Below, one piece after another: positions 38,736-49,478 of a DNA stretch of 64,000 bases. Positions within the stretch are counted from its first letter, which is position 1. Each line of letters opens with the position of its first letter. A program made the position numbers and the translations under genes. The stretch comes from Takakia lepidozioides (lineage: Eukaryota > Plantae > Bryophyta): positions 43,772,001-43,836,000 of the forward strand of contig CM060734.1 in assembly GCA_030704615.1 (NCBI GenBank), written 5' to 3'. Below the pieces are notes generated by a model. That model worked only from the letters and a program-made list of their open reading frames with translations. It searched no databases and was not told the origin of the DNA.

Positions 38736-41700
38736 ATGGCCTCCCAGCCCATGGGCTCCCTTGACGCGGACTTCAGTGAGGACCACCCTGTCCCTTTTCT
38801 TACGAGGTGGAAGATGACGGTTTTGCGGTGGTGCATGAACACGTGCTTGCAACGCAGTTTCGGTTGGAAAATGGAACTCTCTTCCTTGAAAGGGAAGTGT
38901 ACGATGCCAATGGAAAACTGCTCAAGTACGCGTTCCAGAAACCTTCGCATACTGCACCAACCACAGAATGGAGAGTGACTCCAGGCAGATACAGGGTGCT
39001 CAGTGCTCCTCGGAGACAGTCTGCAGGATCGTTCGTTACTCCTGGCACGGCAGCATCAGTGGCCCAGGAGAAAACACCCGTGGTTGTCAAGAAGGAGTCA
39101 AGTACCGTTAACACTGTAGTTGAGCTTTCGGACTCATCCTCCGATGACACTTGTGAAATACCGCTCGTGGATCAGCCATGTCCACATCAAGAAGCAGATG
39201 TGGAGGAGATCACCAATGTCATTCCTAAACTGAAAGCCATGGGTGGGATGGCAGGATTCAAGAGTGAGTTGAGGGGATTGACTGGAGCACTTTCAATGTT
39301 CAGAGGGTGGCATTCTTGCCGGAATCTTTTGATGGTAATACTGTTTTTGAGCTGCCTCCTCCTGGTCGCGTTGGGGGCATTTCCAGTCTCATGGAAGGAA
39401 TGGACGCACAAAAACCTCCAATATTCACAACCACGACAACCTCATATTCAGGCGAACAGTCTGTAATGGGTGCTGATTGAATCTCATAGAAGAAAGAATG
39501 TTAATGGGAATCTGATTCAAATTTAAGGAAAACAAGTGGTGAGTGCAGAATTATGAATTTTTGAAATGCGAGAACATGAAATGCAGACACTTCGCATTGT
39601 CGGGTGTGCAAAACCAAAGCGAATGGGATGGTGTCAGTGAGAATCCATTCAAGCCTGGTGTGACACCTCCATACAGTGACACTTTTGTGTGCAAGTTCTG
39701 TAGGGTACCGCCTTGCTGCCTTGCAATGTGTGGCGCCAGAATGTACTATGTGGTGCATCGATTCAAAACCCTGACTAGAGCCTGTGTCCATTTCGGTTTT
39801 CACAACCACCCTGTGTCCAAGGGGGATTACAGGGAGAGCGTTGAGACAGTCTCGCGTCTGATAAGGCAAGAGTTGGATACCGAACCACATTTGCAATTGC
39901 CATGGGGGCGAGCAAGTCCTTTCTGGAAAGCCGTATTTTGTGTGCATCGGATTCGGTTGGAGGAAAATTGGAGGGACCAGCTTTGGACACTGTTATGGAC
40001 CATTTCTCGAATTTGACTTCTCCAAACATTAGGAATCATGTGAACGCTTTAAGAATGGGCTCTGAGAGCCGAGGTTATATGGACAATATTATGGATTTGA
40101 AGACAAGGAGCATGTACGACTACATCCAAGACAGCGTTTTCCCGGGGCAAGGAGCCGGGAAAGTGTTCCTGTTCAAAATGTCCACAAAAGGTGAGGGCAG
40201 TGGAGTCAGCCTGGTTAAACGTATGCAGAAGGGTGGCGATCTAGGCAACTGCTTCCTTATGTTCGGTCACGTCAAGAGGGTTAAAGACTGGACCACAATG
40301 GCATGTCATGTTTATGACCCTGTGTACCAGCATGTCATGACAATTGCAGTGTGTGACATGCAGTCAGAGGACACAGATTCACAGCAGCTCATGTGGGAAA
40401 CTCTCATTTGTGTTATGGCCTCCAATGGTCTCCCATCTCCCAATTTTGTTGGTTTCATGGCCGACAGTGCTCAAGCTAACTTCAACGCTGTCCGCATTGT
40501 ATTCGGGACGGGAGATCCAAAAGTGCCAATGTCTGGAAGAGAACGTACGTGTCTTTTCCATTGGACACAATCCCTGGATAAACACACAAAGGCAGACATC
40601 AAGCCAGATATGCAGAGTATGCATCGTCAACTGTGCAAACAGTACAAAGACGCCAAAACTATGGGGGAAGCGAATACATTGTTCCAGACAATTCATGCCT
40701 GGTGGTACTCATCTGGAGCGGCATCGGAGGACAGCATGAGGGCACTGGAAGACTGGTTCGCATTTGGCACTTCCGTTACCGGCAGTGGGGAGCGGCCATG
40801 ACAACGGTGAGCGGTTTGCATTCACCTTCCTTTGGGTGCTTCGGATATATCTTTCAGGGTCCCATCCTAATATCGGCTTTGTGTTTTTTTGCATATGTCC
40901 ATTGAGGAGATGGCGGACATGCCATCTTGCAATCTAGCGGAGACAGTGCACAATGCCTGGTTGCAGCAATCCGGCAAAAAGGGAAGAGATTTGTATGCGG
41001 CTACGGCCGATGACCTTATCCGTGCTCTGTAGCAGTAAACCAGATACAGGTCATTTTTGAGGGGTGGCCTTGGAGGCAAAGGCCCGGACAGGAGCGAGTT
41101 GATGTTGCGGGCAGCCAGAAGATCGGGGGATCCCAGCAAAATAGCACGGGCAGTGAGCATATGTGCAGATGGCACCCCTCTCGTGGGAAGAGTTCCTCAT
41201 CTGGAAGGCGAAGAGAGATTCGGGTCTTGCAAACGGAAATTGGATACCCCTCCCGGATCGGATGCAGACTCCCAGGGGGCGGATAGGGTCAATTTCTCGA
41301 CGCCATGTGTTCCCTTGGATTAGAGATGGAATTGCGGAACATCCACAGGTGAGGGCAATTCTGCCCCAGACCGGACCCCTACATCAAGCACTGTCACTGC
41401 AATGGTTGAAGACCAGAACATGGTGCGGCATGTAATAGAGTCCATGTGCTTGGACGAGGTTTGGCATATAGAACGCACAAGTGTTGGATCGCGTGTGAAA
41501 TGCACGACGATCAGGACCACCAATCATGAAAAATGTACATCATTAATATCCAGAGGGAAAGAACGCACTGCAGCTCCTACATTCACTAGTTTGTTTCTCC
41601 CTTATGGCCAAGGAGAGGCAAAGAACCACAAGTTTTGGTTTTGCGCTAACGATTGCGAGAGATGTGTGCGTGGGACAGTGAGGCCCTCCATGGTGAGGAA

Positions 41701-42272
41701 GCCTACTCCACCAACCGTGTGGCCTGTGAAGATGGGCACAGGTCTCACTCACCAAGAGATCGCAATGCTGGAAGAGGCGGGTTTCTCCCTAGCCAGACAT
41801 TCCATTACACGTGAAGGTGCTTCAAGTACAAGCGGTTCACGGGTACCTCCGCCTGACGCTCACTTGTGGCCAACCAAACGGAATGGGAAGCTGGTTCGAC
41901 GATTCCCTCCAATCGCAGAACACTATGGCAAAATCGAGTCGCGAGAATGCTTCACGCTCGTGTTGCGGAACAATGGAAGTGCCTGATCCAGGGTATGGTC
42001 GGGTCTTCACCATGATCTCATCCGCATCTGCGCTGTAGGACAAGACGTACGACATCACTGTTTCCAATTTTCCAAATTGTACCTGTCCTGATTTTGTTGG
42101 TATGCTTTCAAGTAGTTTGGGAAAGAGAGGGAAGTTCATACCGTGCAAACACCTTTACTTCGTCTTCTTGAGAAGGATGGTTTGTGATCCAAAGTTGGAC
42201 TTCTTCATTCACCAAGCCACTATGAGTTTCAACGAAGTCAACACACTTCTACAGCGGGATACAAGCCCATAG
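38736..42272 (+). pseudogene. Mutator-type transposase (GCM-like Zn domain, DDE core, C-terminal SWIM), copy 1
   Basis: CENMKC..CKFC..CGARM..HFGFHNHPV; FLMFGHVKRV (first D replaced by G); FMADSAQA; CLFHW; NLAETVHNAW; SWIM CTCPDF..PCKHL. Confidence 0.82.
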
Positions 42273-42474
42273 AAAGCATTCACTTGACACTCCGAAATCT
42301 GTGTTTTCCTTGACTACAACTTGTAATGGAATGACTGTTCAAGTCCAGTGTCTCTCAATGTATGTCGTCTAGCATCTTTGCTATGCATGGGTGAATGCAT
42401 TTGTCGCATTGGTCTGTCATTCTGTTTTCATTAGCAAGCACAAGAAACTACCTTCAGATAGACAGATGATCAAA

Positions 42475-42668
42475 TCAACCTCGTGTTAACACGAGGTTTA
42501 CTTGGAGTTTTCCAAATCCCCCTTGTGTCGACACAAGGTTGATTTTAGTTCTCCGAATCAACCTCGTGTTGACACGATGTTGATTTTAGTTCCAGGAAAA
42601 CAACCTCGTGTTAACACAAAGATCATTTCAGTTCTAGGAAATGAAGCTTCTGTTAACAGAAGGTTGAA
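42475..42668. repeat. Five tandem palindromes AACCTCGTGTYRACACGAGGTT at ~42-bp spacing (mirror at 45410-45605)
   Basis: Cores GTTAAC, GTCGAC, GTTGAC, GTTAAC and GTTAAC, downstream of the transposase stop. Confidence 0.85.
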
Positions 42669-42866
42669 CTCTAGGAAAGCCCGAAACCCTTCATCCGTTT
42701 CACCTTCATGTGGTGATATCAGCAGTTGGGGCCCCACGGTTATAGGCCCACCTACTTTGTAGTGACGTGGCATGACGTGGACCACCACGTCAACATCAGC
42801 GCCACGTCAGCTGTGTGAGCGTAAGCTCACACGCTCACGCGCCAGGCTCACGCGGTAGCGTCGTTG

Positions 42867-43588
42867 GACTGAAGTGTATTTGGGCAATGAAGCACTTATG
42901 TAATTTTGAATTATCGTTGCATCTGCTCATTCTATCTGTTGTTCTGGCCATGCTTAGTCAGTTCTTCATGTCAGGAGAAGGTTGTTGCCGTGATGCTTTG
43001 GAATTGTGTTTAGGTGTCTTTAGATCGTGATACTGACCACAAGCAACCTACGGTGAACTGTGGTATCCTCCACATTTATGTGGAATGTCCTACAACGTAG
43101 GCCATAGTATATTTCACACCCGCTATGGTCTTCTCCACAGTTATGTGGAATGACCTACAGTATAAGCAGTAAAATACTCCACACCCACACCAAGAGTTGC
43201 TCCAAAATACGCCACGTGTTGCCCTGACAAAAATACACGTGGTGCCCATACCGTTGCCCAGATGTCGTCAAGCCATGGTGACAGGCTGTCGCATAATTTT
43301 CCCGTAGGTGTGGACAAGTCCACACCCTTTGTACGTCTAGGATCCACGTGGCGGTGTTCGCCAAAGCACACATCGCCCGTGGAAAAAGCCATTCACCCCG
43401 TGAAAAATGCCACCTGTGGATTCAGCCACCCGTGGACTTTTCCGCAGGGCCACCCGAGAGCCAGGCTGTCCACGGGGTGTCCGAAAGCACTAGTCGTTTC
43501 TCACACCCACGACAGGTGTGGATTGCGGCTGATTCCACAGCAAAAAGTGTGGAAAAAGCCGTGGAAAAAGCCGGTTTCTCTTCTAGTG
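42867..43588 (-). mobile_element. CACTA element left arm (inverted by the large rearrangement)
   Basis: Reverse complement begins CACTAGAAGAGAAACCGGCTTTTTCCACGG; subterminal CCGTGGAAAAAGCC repeats; flank TCT (43589-43591) equals TSD AGA. Confidence 0.85.
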
Positions 43589-45190
43589 TCTTGACACTTT
43601 TGGTAAGCTCTACAACCGTAAGTATAAGGAGGGAGAGTCCTTGTGGCAATATTATCTTAATATCAAGGTAGCAGCTGCAGAAAACTTCAAGAATGTTGAA
43701 GAGCGGGCCCGGATGGTTAAAATGTTCTTCTGGCAACCTTTGTCCAAACTTGGGCTCAGAGAAAGGTGTTTGACAACAATGATCATATGGTCAAGGAGGT
43801 GGAAATTAAGGTGAAGGAATTAGCTAGCATCAAGACACCTCGTAAGGAAGTCAAATTTGCTGGTACACCTATGATAGACAATGAGAGTGAGAAAGTCAGG
43901 AGTCCTAGAGCTTACGTTCCTCCACCTGTACAAGCTGCCAGGGATGAGCAGAATGAGGCACTGACTCGTCGTATGGATGAGCTAGAAATTGACTCACTCA
44001 CAACAATCGTGGACAGACATTAGAGCCTCATACCAGGGTAAACATGCTCCATGTTATATTTGCAAGGACCCTGAGCATGCTACCAAGTACTGTCCCTATT
44101 AGCCAGACCTGCCAGCCATGCTGCAGGCATTCCAGAAAGGCAAACAGCCTTTAAACGAGTAAGATCTCCCAACAAGTCAGGTGTAGGAGATCATAGGCAC
44201 AAGGCTCCCATAAATCCCGAGAAGGTGGGTCAATGGGCGAAGGTAGTGCTCTCCACGAATTTTAAAGTTCTGCATTGTGAATTAAGTAAGAAGTTCCTCG
44301 CTAATCCCATTTCTCCTAGTTTGATCACTCAATGTCAAGTAGGGCAACTGAATTTTCCTTGTGTAATAGGCACGGGATGCACTGTATCTGCAATTCCCTT
44401 AGAAGTAGTGCGTGTCCTAGGACTAAAGTTAGGTTCAGCAGCAGGCATGGATGTGATGATAGCTGATGGCACTAGCTATGAACCCCTTGGCTTAGTCTCG
44501 GTCCCAGTTGGTATACATGGCAAAGAGGTACTTATTACTTGCATTGTTACCATGGGGGAGCAATTCCTCCTAGGCCTTGATTGGATGAAGGGTGCAACTG
44601 CAACTATTGATTTAGGTGACAACACCATGAAGTTCAAAAAAGGTGATGGACAACAAGCTACCATGCATGTCTCCCGCAATGTGAGAATTGCATGCCAACC
44701 TGTCCCAACTGAAGATTACTGCACAATAGGTCAGAGAAAAGAATGGTAAGTTGATTAACTGGCAACAGCTCCTGCCTGGCTCCTCTTCCAAGGATTCCTT
44801 GCTTCAATGGACCATCCCTGCAATCAGACAGAAGGGTGGGTACCCAATCCCTATAAAGAGCAATTCTACCTTGCTTCGTGCCAATGCAAATTTTACTATC
44901 CCCGCCATGAGTCAAAAGGATGTTCCTATTGGTCAGGCTTTTGTCTGCCCTGAAGGGCATTATCTCGAAACAGTAGGGTGGCAACGATTAGCTTTGCAAA
45001 AACATTGATGGTGGCTTCCCTTGTAGTACACAGAGGATTCAGGGGTGAAATCAAGATGTTTGTTGCTAACCCTCAGCGTATCCCAGTGACAGTTAGGAAG
45101 GGACAAGTCATAGCATGAATCTCTGCTGGTCCCATAGATGACATTGCAGAAATTCAGGAAGGATTCATACTTTAGGAATTGGGCATAATC
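43589..45190 (+). pseudogene. Gypsy C gag C-terminus, protease and linker (inverted piece)
   Basis: LDTFGKLYNRKYKEGESLWQYY continues in frame from 59463; knuckle CYICKDPEHATKYC (44052-44093); protease VIGTGCTVSAI..FLLGLDWM with catalytic D replaced by G. Confidence 0.82.
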
Positions 45191-45804
45191 CAACAATGTA
45201 CCAAGGGCGCGTGGCACAGCGTGTGACGTACGCTCACACAACGATGACGTGGCATGAGCCTACGCTCACGCAGCTGACGTGGCATGAGCCTGGTCCAGGT
45301 CATGCCACATCACCACAAAGAAGGTGGGCCTATAACCGTGGGGCCCCCAACTGCTGATATCACCACATGAAGGTGAAACGGATGAAGGGTGTCGGGCTTT
45401 CCTGGAGTTCAACCTTCTGTTAACAGTAGCTTCATTTCCTAGAACTGAAATGATCTTTGTGTTAACACGAGGTTGTTTTCCTGGAACTAAAATCAACCTC
45501 GTGTTGACACGTTGTTCTTTTCTTAGAACTAAAATCAACCTTGTGTCGGCACAAGGGGGATTTGGAAAACTCCAAGTAAACCTCGTGTTAACACGAGGTT
45601 GATTTGATCATCTGTCTATCTGAAGGTAGTTTCTTGTGCTTGCTAATGAAAACAGAATGACAGACCAATGCGACAAATGCATTCACCCACGCATAGCAAA
45701 GATGCTAGACGACATACATTGAGAGACACTGGACTGGAACAGTCATTCCATTACAAGTTGTAGTCAAGGAAAACACAGATTTCGGAGTGTCAAGTGAATG
45801 CTTT

Positions 45805-48800
45805 CTATGGGCTTGTATCCCGCTGTAGAAGTGTGTTGACTTCGTTGAAACTCATAGTGGCTTGGTGAATGAAGAAGTCCAACTTTGGATCACAAACCAT
45901 CCTTCTCAAGAAGACGAAGTAAAGGTGTTTGCACGGTATGAACTTCCCTCTCTTTCCCACACTCCACTTCCATCCCCCAACCAAATGTTCATAACATTTC
46001 CAGAATTTGGAAATTGGAAACAGTGATGTCGTACGTCTGTCCTAACCTACATACAGCGCAGATTGCGGATGAGATCATGGTGAAGACGACCCGCCATAAC
46101 CCCTGGATCAGGCACTTCCATTGTTCCCTGTCAACACTAGCGTGAAGCATTCTCGCGACTCGATTTTGCCATAGTGTTTTCTGCGATTGGAGGGAATCGT
46201 CGAACCAGCTTCCCATTCCGTTTGGTTGGCCACAGTGAGAGCGTCAGGCGTAGGTACCCGTGAACCGCTTGTACTTGAAGCACCTTCACGTGTAATGGAA
46301 TGTCTGGCTAGGGAGAATCCCCCTCTTCCATCCAGCTTTGCGATCTCTTGGTGAGTGAGACCTGTGCCCATCTTCACAGGCCACACGGTGGTGGAGTAGG
46401 CTTCCTCACCAATGGAGGGCCTCACTGTCCCACGCACACATCTCTCGCGTCAATCGTTAGCGCAAAACAAAACTTGTGGTTCTTTGCCTCTCCTTGGCCA
46501 TAAGGGAGAAACAAACTAGTGAATGTAGGAGCTGCAGTGCGTTCTTCTTCCCTCTGGATTATGATGTACATTTTTCATGATTGGTGTCCTGATCGTCGTG
46601 CATTTCACACGCGATCCAACACTTGTGCGTTCTATATGCCAAACCTCGTCCAAGCACATGGACTCTATTACATGCCGCACCATGTTCTGGTCTTCAACCA
46701 TTGCAGTGACAGTGCTTGATGTAGGGGTCCGGTCTGGGGCAGAATTGCCCTCACCTGTGATGTTCCGCAATTCCATCTCTAATCCAAGGGAACACATGGC
46801 GTCAAGAAATTGACCCTATCCGCCCCCTGGGAGTCTGCATCCGATCCGGGAGGGGTATCCAATTTCCGTTTGCAAGACCCGAATCTCTCTTCGCCTTCCA
46901 GATGAGGAACTCTTCCCACGAGAGGGGTGCCATCTGCACATATGCTCACTGCCCGTGCTATTTTGCTGGGATCCCCCGATCTTCTGGCTGCCCGCAACAT
47001 CAACTCGCTCCTGTCCGGGCCTTTGCCTCCAAGGCCACCCCTCAAAAATGACCTGTATCTGGTTTACTGCTACAGAGCACGGATAAGGTCATCGGCCGTA
47101 GCCGCATACAAATCTCTTCCCTTTTTGCCGGATTGCTGCAACCAGGCATTGTGCACTGTCTCCGCTAGATTGCAAGATGGCATGTCCGCCATCTCCTCAA
47201 TGGACATATGCAAAAAACACAAAGCCGATATTAGGATGGGACCCTGAAAGATATATCCGAAGCACCCAAAGGAAGGTGAATGCAAACCGCTCACCGTTGT
47301 CATGGCCGCTCCCCACTGCCGGTAACGGAAGTGCCAAATGCGAACCAGTCTTCCAGTGCCCTCATGCTGTCCTCCGATGCCGCTCCAGATGAGTACCACC
47401 AGGCATGAATTGTCTGGAACAATGTATTCGCTTCCCCCATAGTTTTGGCGTCTTTGTACTGTTTGCACAGTTGACGATGCATACTCTGCATATCTGGCTT
47501 GATGTCTGCCTTTGTGTGTTTATCCAGGGATTGTGTCCAATGGAAAAGACACGTACGTTCTCTTCCAGACATTGGCACTTTTGGATCTCCCGTCCCGAAT
47601 ACAATGCGGACAGCGTTGAAGTTAGCTTGAGCACTGTCGGCCATGAAACCAACAAAATTGGGAGATGGGAGACCATTGGAGGCCATAACACAAATGAGAG
47701 TTTCCCACATGAGCTGCTGTGAATCTGTGTCCTCTGACTGCATGTCACACACTGCAATTGTCATGACACGCTGGTACACAGGGTCATAAACATGACATGC
47801 CATTGTGGTCCAGTCTTTAACCCTCTTGACGTGACCGAACATAAGGAAGCAGTTGCCTAGATCGCCACCCTTCTGCATACGTTTAACCAGGCTGACTCCA
47901 CTGCCCTCACCTTTTGTGGACATTTTGAACAGGAACACTTTCCCGGCTCCTTGCCCCGGGAAAACGCTGTCTTGGATGTAGTCGTACATGCTCCTTGTCT
48001 TCAAATCCATAATATTGTCCATATAACCTCGGCTCTCAGAGCCCATTCTTAAAGCGTTCACATGATTCCTAATGTTTGGAGAAGTCAAATTCGAGAAATG
48101 GTCCATAACAGTGTCCAAAGCTGGTCCCTCCAATTTTCCTCCAACCGAATCCGATGCACACAAAATACGGCTTTCCAGAAAGGACTTGCTCGCCCCCATG
48201 GCAATTGCAAATGTGGTTCCAGTTGGATTGGTATCCAACTCTTGCCTTATCAGACGCGAGACTGTCTCAACGCTCTCCCTGTAATCCCCCTTGGACACAG
48301 GGTGGTTGTGAAAACCGAAATGGACACAGGCTCTAGTCAGGGTTTTGAATCGATGCACCACATAGTACATTCTGGCGCCACACATTGCAAGGCAGCAAGG
48401 CAGTACCCTACAGAACTTGCACACAAAAGTGTCACTGTATGGAGGTGTCACACCAGGCTTGAATGGATTCTCACTGACACCATCCCATTCGCTTTGGTTT
48501 TGCACACTCGACAATGCGAAGTGTCTGCATTTCATGTTCTTGCATTTCAAGTGCCCATTACAGACTGTTCGCCTGAATATGAGGTTGTCGTGGTTGTGAA
48601 TATTGGAGGTTTTTGTGCGTCCATTCCTTCCATGAGACTGGAAATGCCCCCAACGCGACTAGGAGGAGGTAGCTCAAAAACAGTATTACCATCAAAAGAT
48701 TCCGGCAAGAATGCCACCCTCTGAACATTGAAAGTGCTCCAGTCAATCCCCCTCAACTCACTCTTGAATCCTGCCATCCCACCCATGGCTTTCAGTTTAG

Positions 48801-49292
48801 GAATGACACTGGTGATCTCGTCCACATCTGCTTCTTGATGTGGACATGGCTGATCCACGGGCGGTATTTCACAAGTGTCATCGGAGGATGAGTCCGAAAG
48901 CTCAACTACAGTGTTAACGGTACTTGACTCCTTCTTGACAACCACGGGTGTTTTCTCCTGGGCCACTGATGCTGCCGTGCCAGGAGTAACGAACGATCCT
49001 GCAGACTGTCTCCAAGGAGCACTGAGCACCCTGTATCTGCCTGGAGTCACTCTCCATTGTGTGGTTGGTGCAGTATGCGAAGGTTTCTGGAACGCGTACT
49101 TGAGCAGTTTTCCATTGGCATCGTACACTTCCCTTTCAAGGAATAGAGTTCCATTTTCCAACCGAAACTGCGTTGCAAGCACGTGTTCATGCACCACCGC
49201 AAAACCGTCATCTTCCACCTCGTAAGAAAAGGGACAGGGTGGTCCTCACTGAAGAAGTCCACGTCAAGGGAGCCCATGGGCTGGGAGGCCAT
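45805..49292 (-). pseudogene. Mutator-type transposase, copy 2
   Basis: ORF 47300-48550 and neighbours; CNGHLKCKNMKC and the same DDE, CxxH and PCKHL motifs; the SWIM region carries many indels. Confidence 0.82.
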
Positions 49293-49478
49293 CTGTCAAA
49301 GTTGAAGAATGATTTTGTTCACGGTTGTGTCAAGGGATCTGCTGTGTTCTATGTATCCAAGGGAGGTTTTTCTTGACTACATGTACACGGTAAGCTTCTT
49401 GATATCTGTCTGATTGTTGTTACTGCAAATTTTATCAAGAAACGGCAGTGTTTGATTCTTTCTCCCTGTAATGTATGC

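Larger units (their letters stand above)
21823..42866. mobile_element. Mutator-like DNA transposon with methyltransferase cargo, copy 1 (interrupted by Gypsy A at 25016-38175)
   Basis: Inverted near-identity to 45191-53808. Ends GGGGAATGCTTGCGCGTGAGC and (reverse complement) CAACGACGCTACCGCGTGAGCCTG. 9-bp flanks GATTATGCC (21814-21822) and GACTGAAGT (42867-42875). Confidence 0.88.

Noticed and set aside
42475-42668. Regularly spaced palindromes resembling a CRISPR array
   Set aside because: The repeats are degenerate, the spacers are short and similar to each other, there are no cas genes, and the context is a eukaryotic transposon.
43560-43588. CTAGT end read as a Helitron 3' terminus (also 59434-59462)
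   Set aside because: The reverse complement is CACTAGAAGAGAAA, and the two ends pair as TIRs with a 3-bp AGA TSD once the inversion is undone, so this is CACTA.
44751-45130. Possible dUTPase between protease and RT of Gypsy C
   Set aside because: Only a beta-strand-like pattern (GEIKMFVANP..VRKGQVIA) is present, without RSG or GF-GS motifs; better treated as a degenerate linker.
45950-46570. Apparent rapid divergence of the SWIM region in copy 2
   Set aside because: Dense small indels in an otherwise near-identical duplicate look like low-quality consensus; reads are needed.
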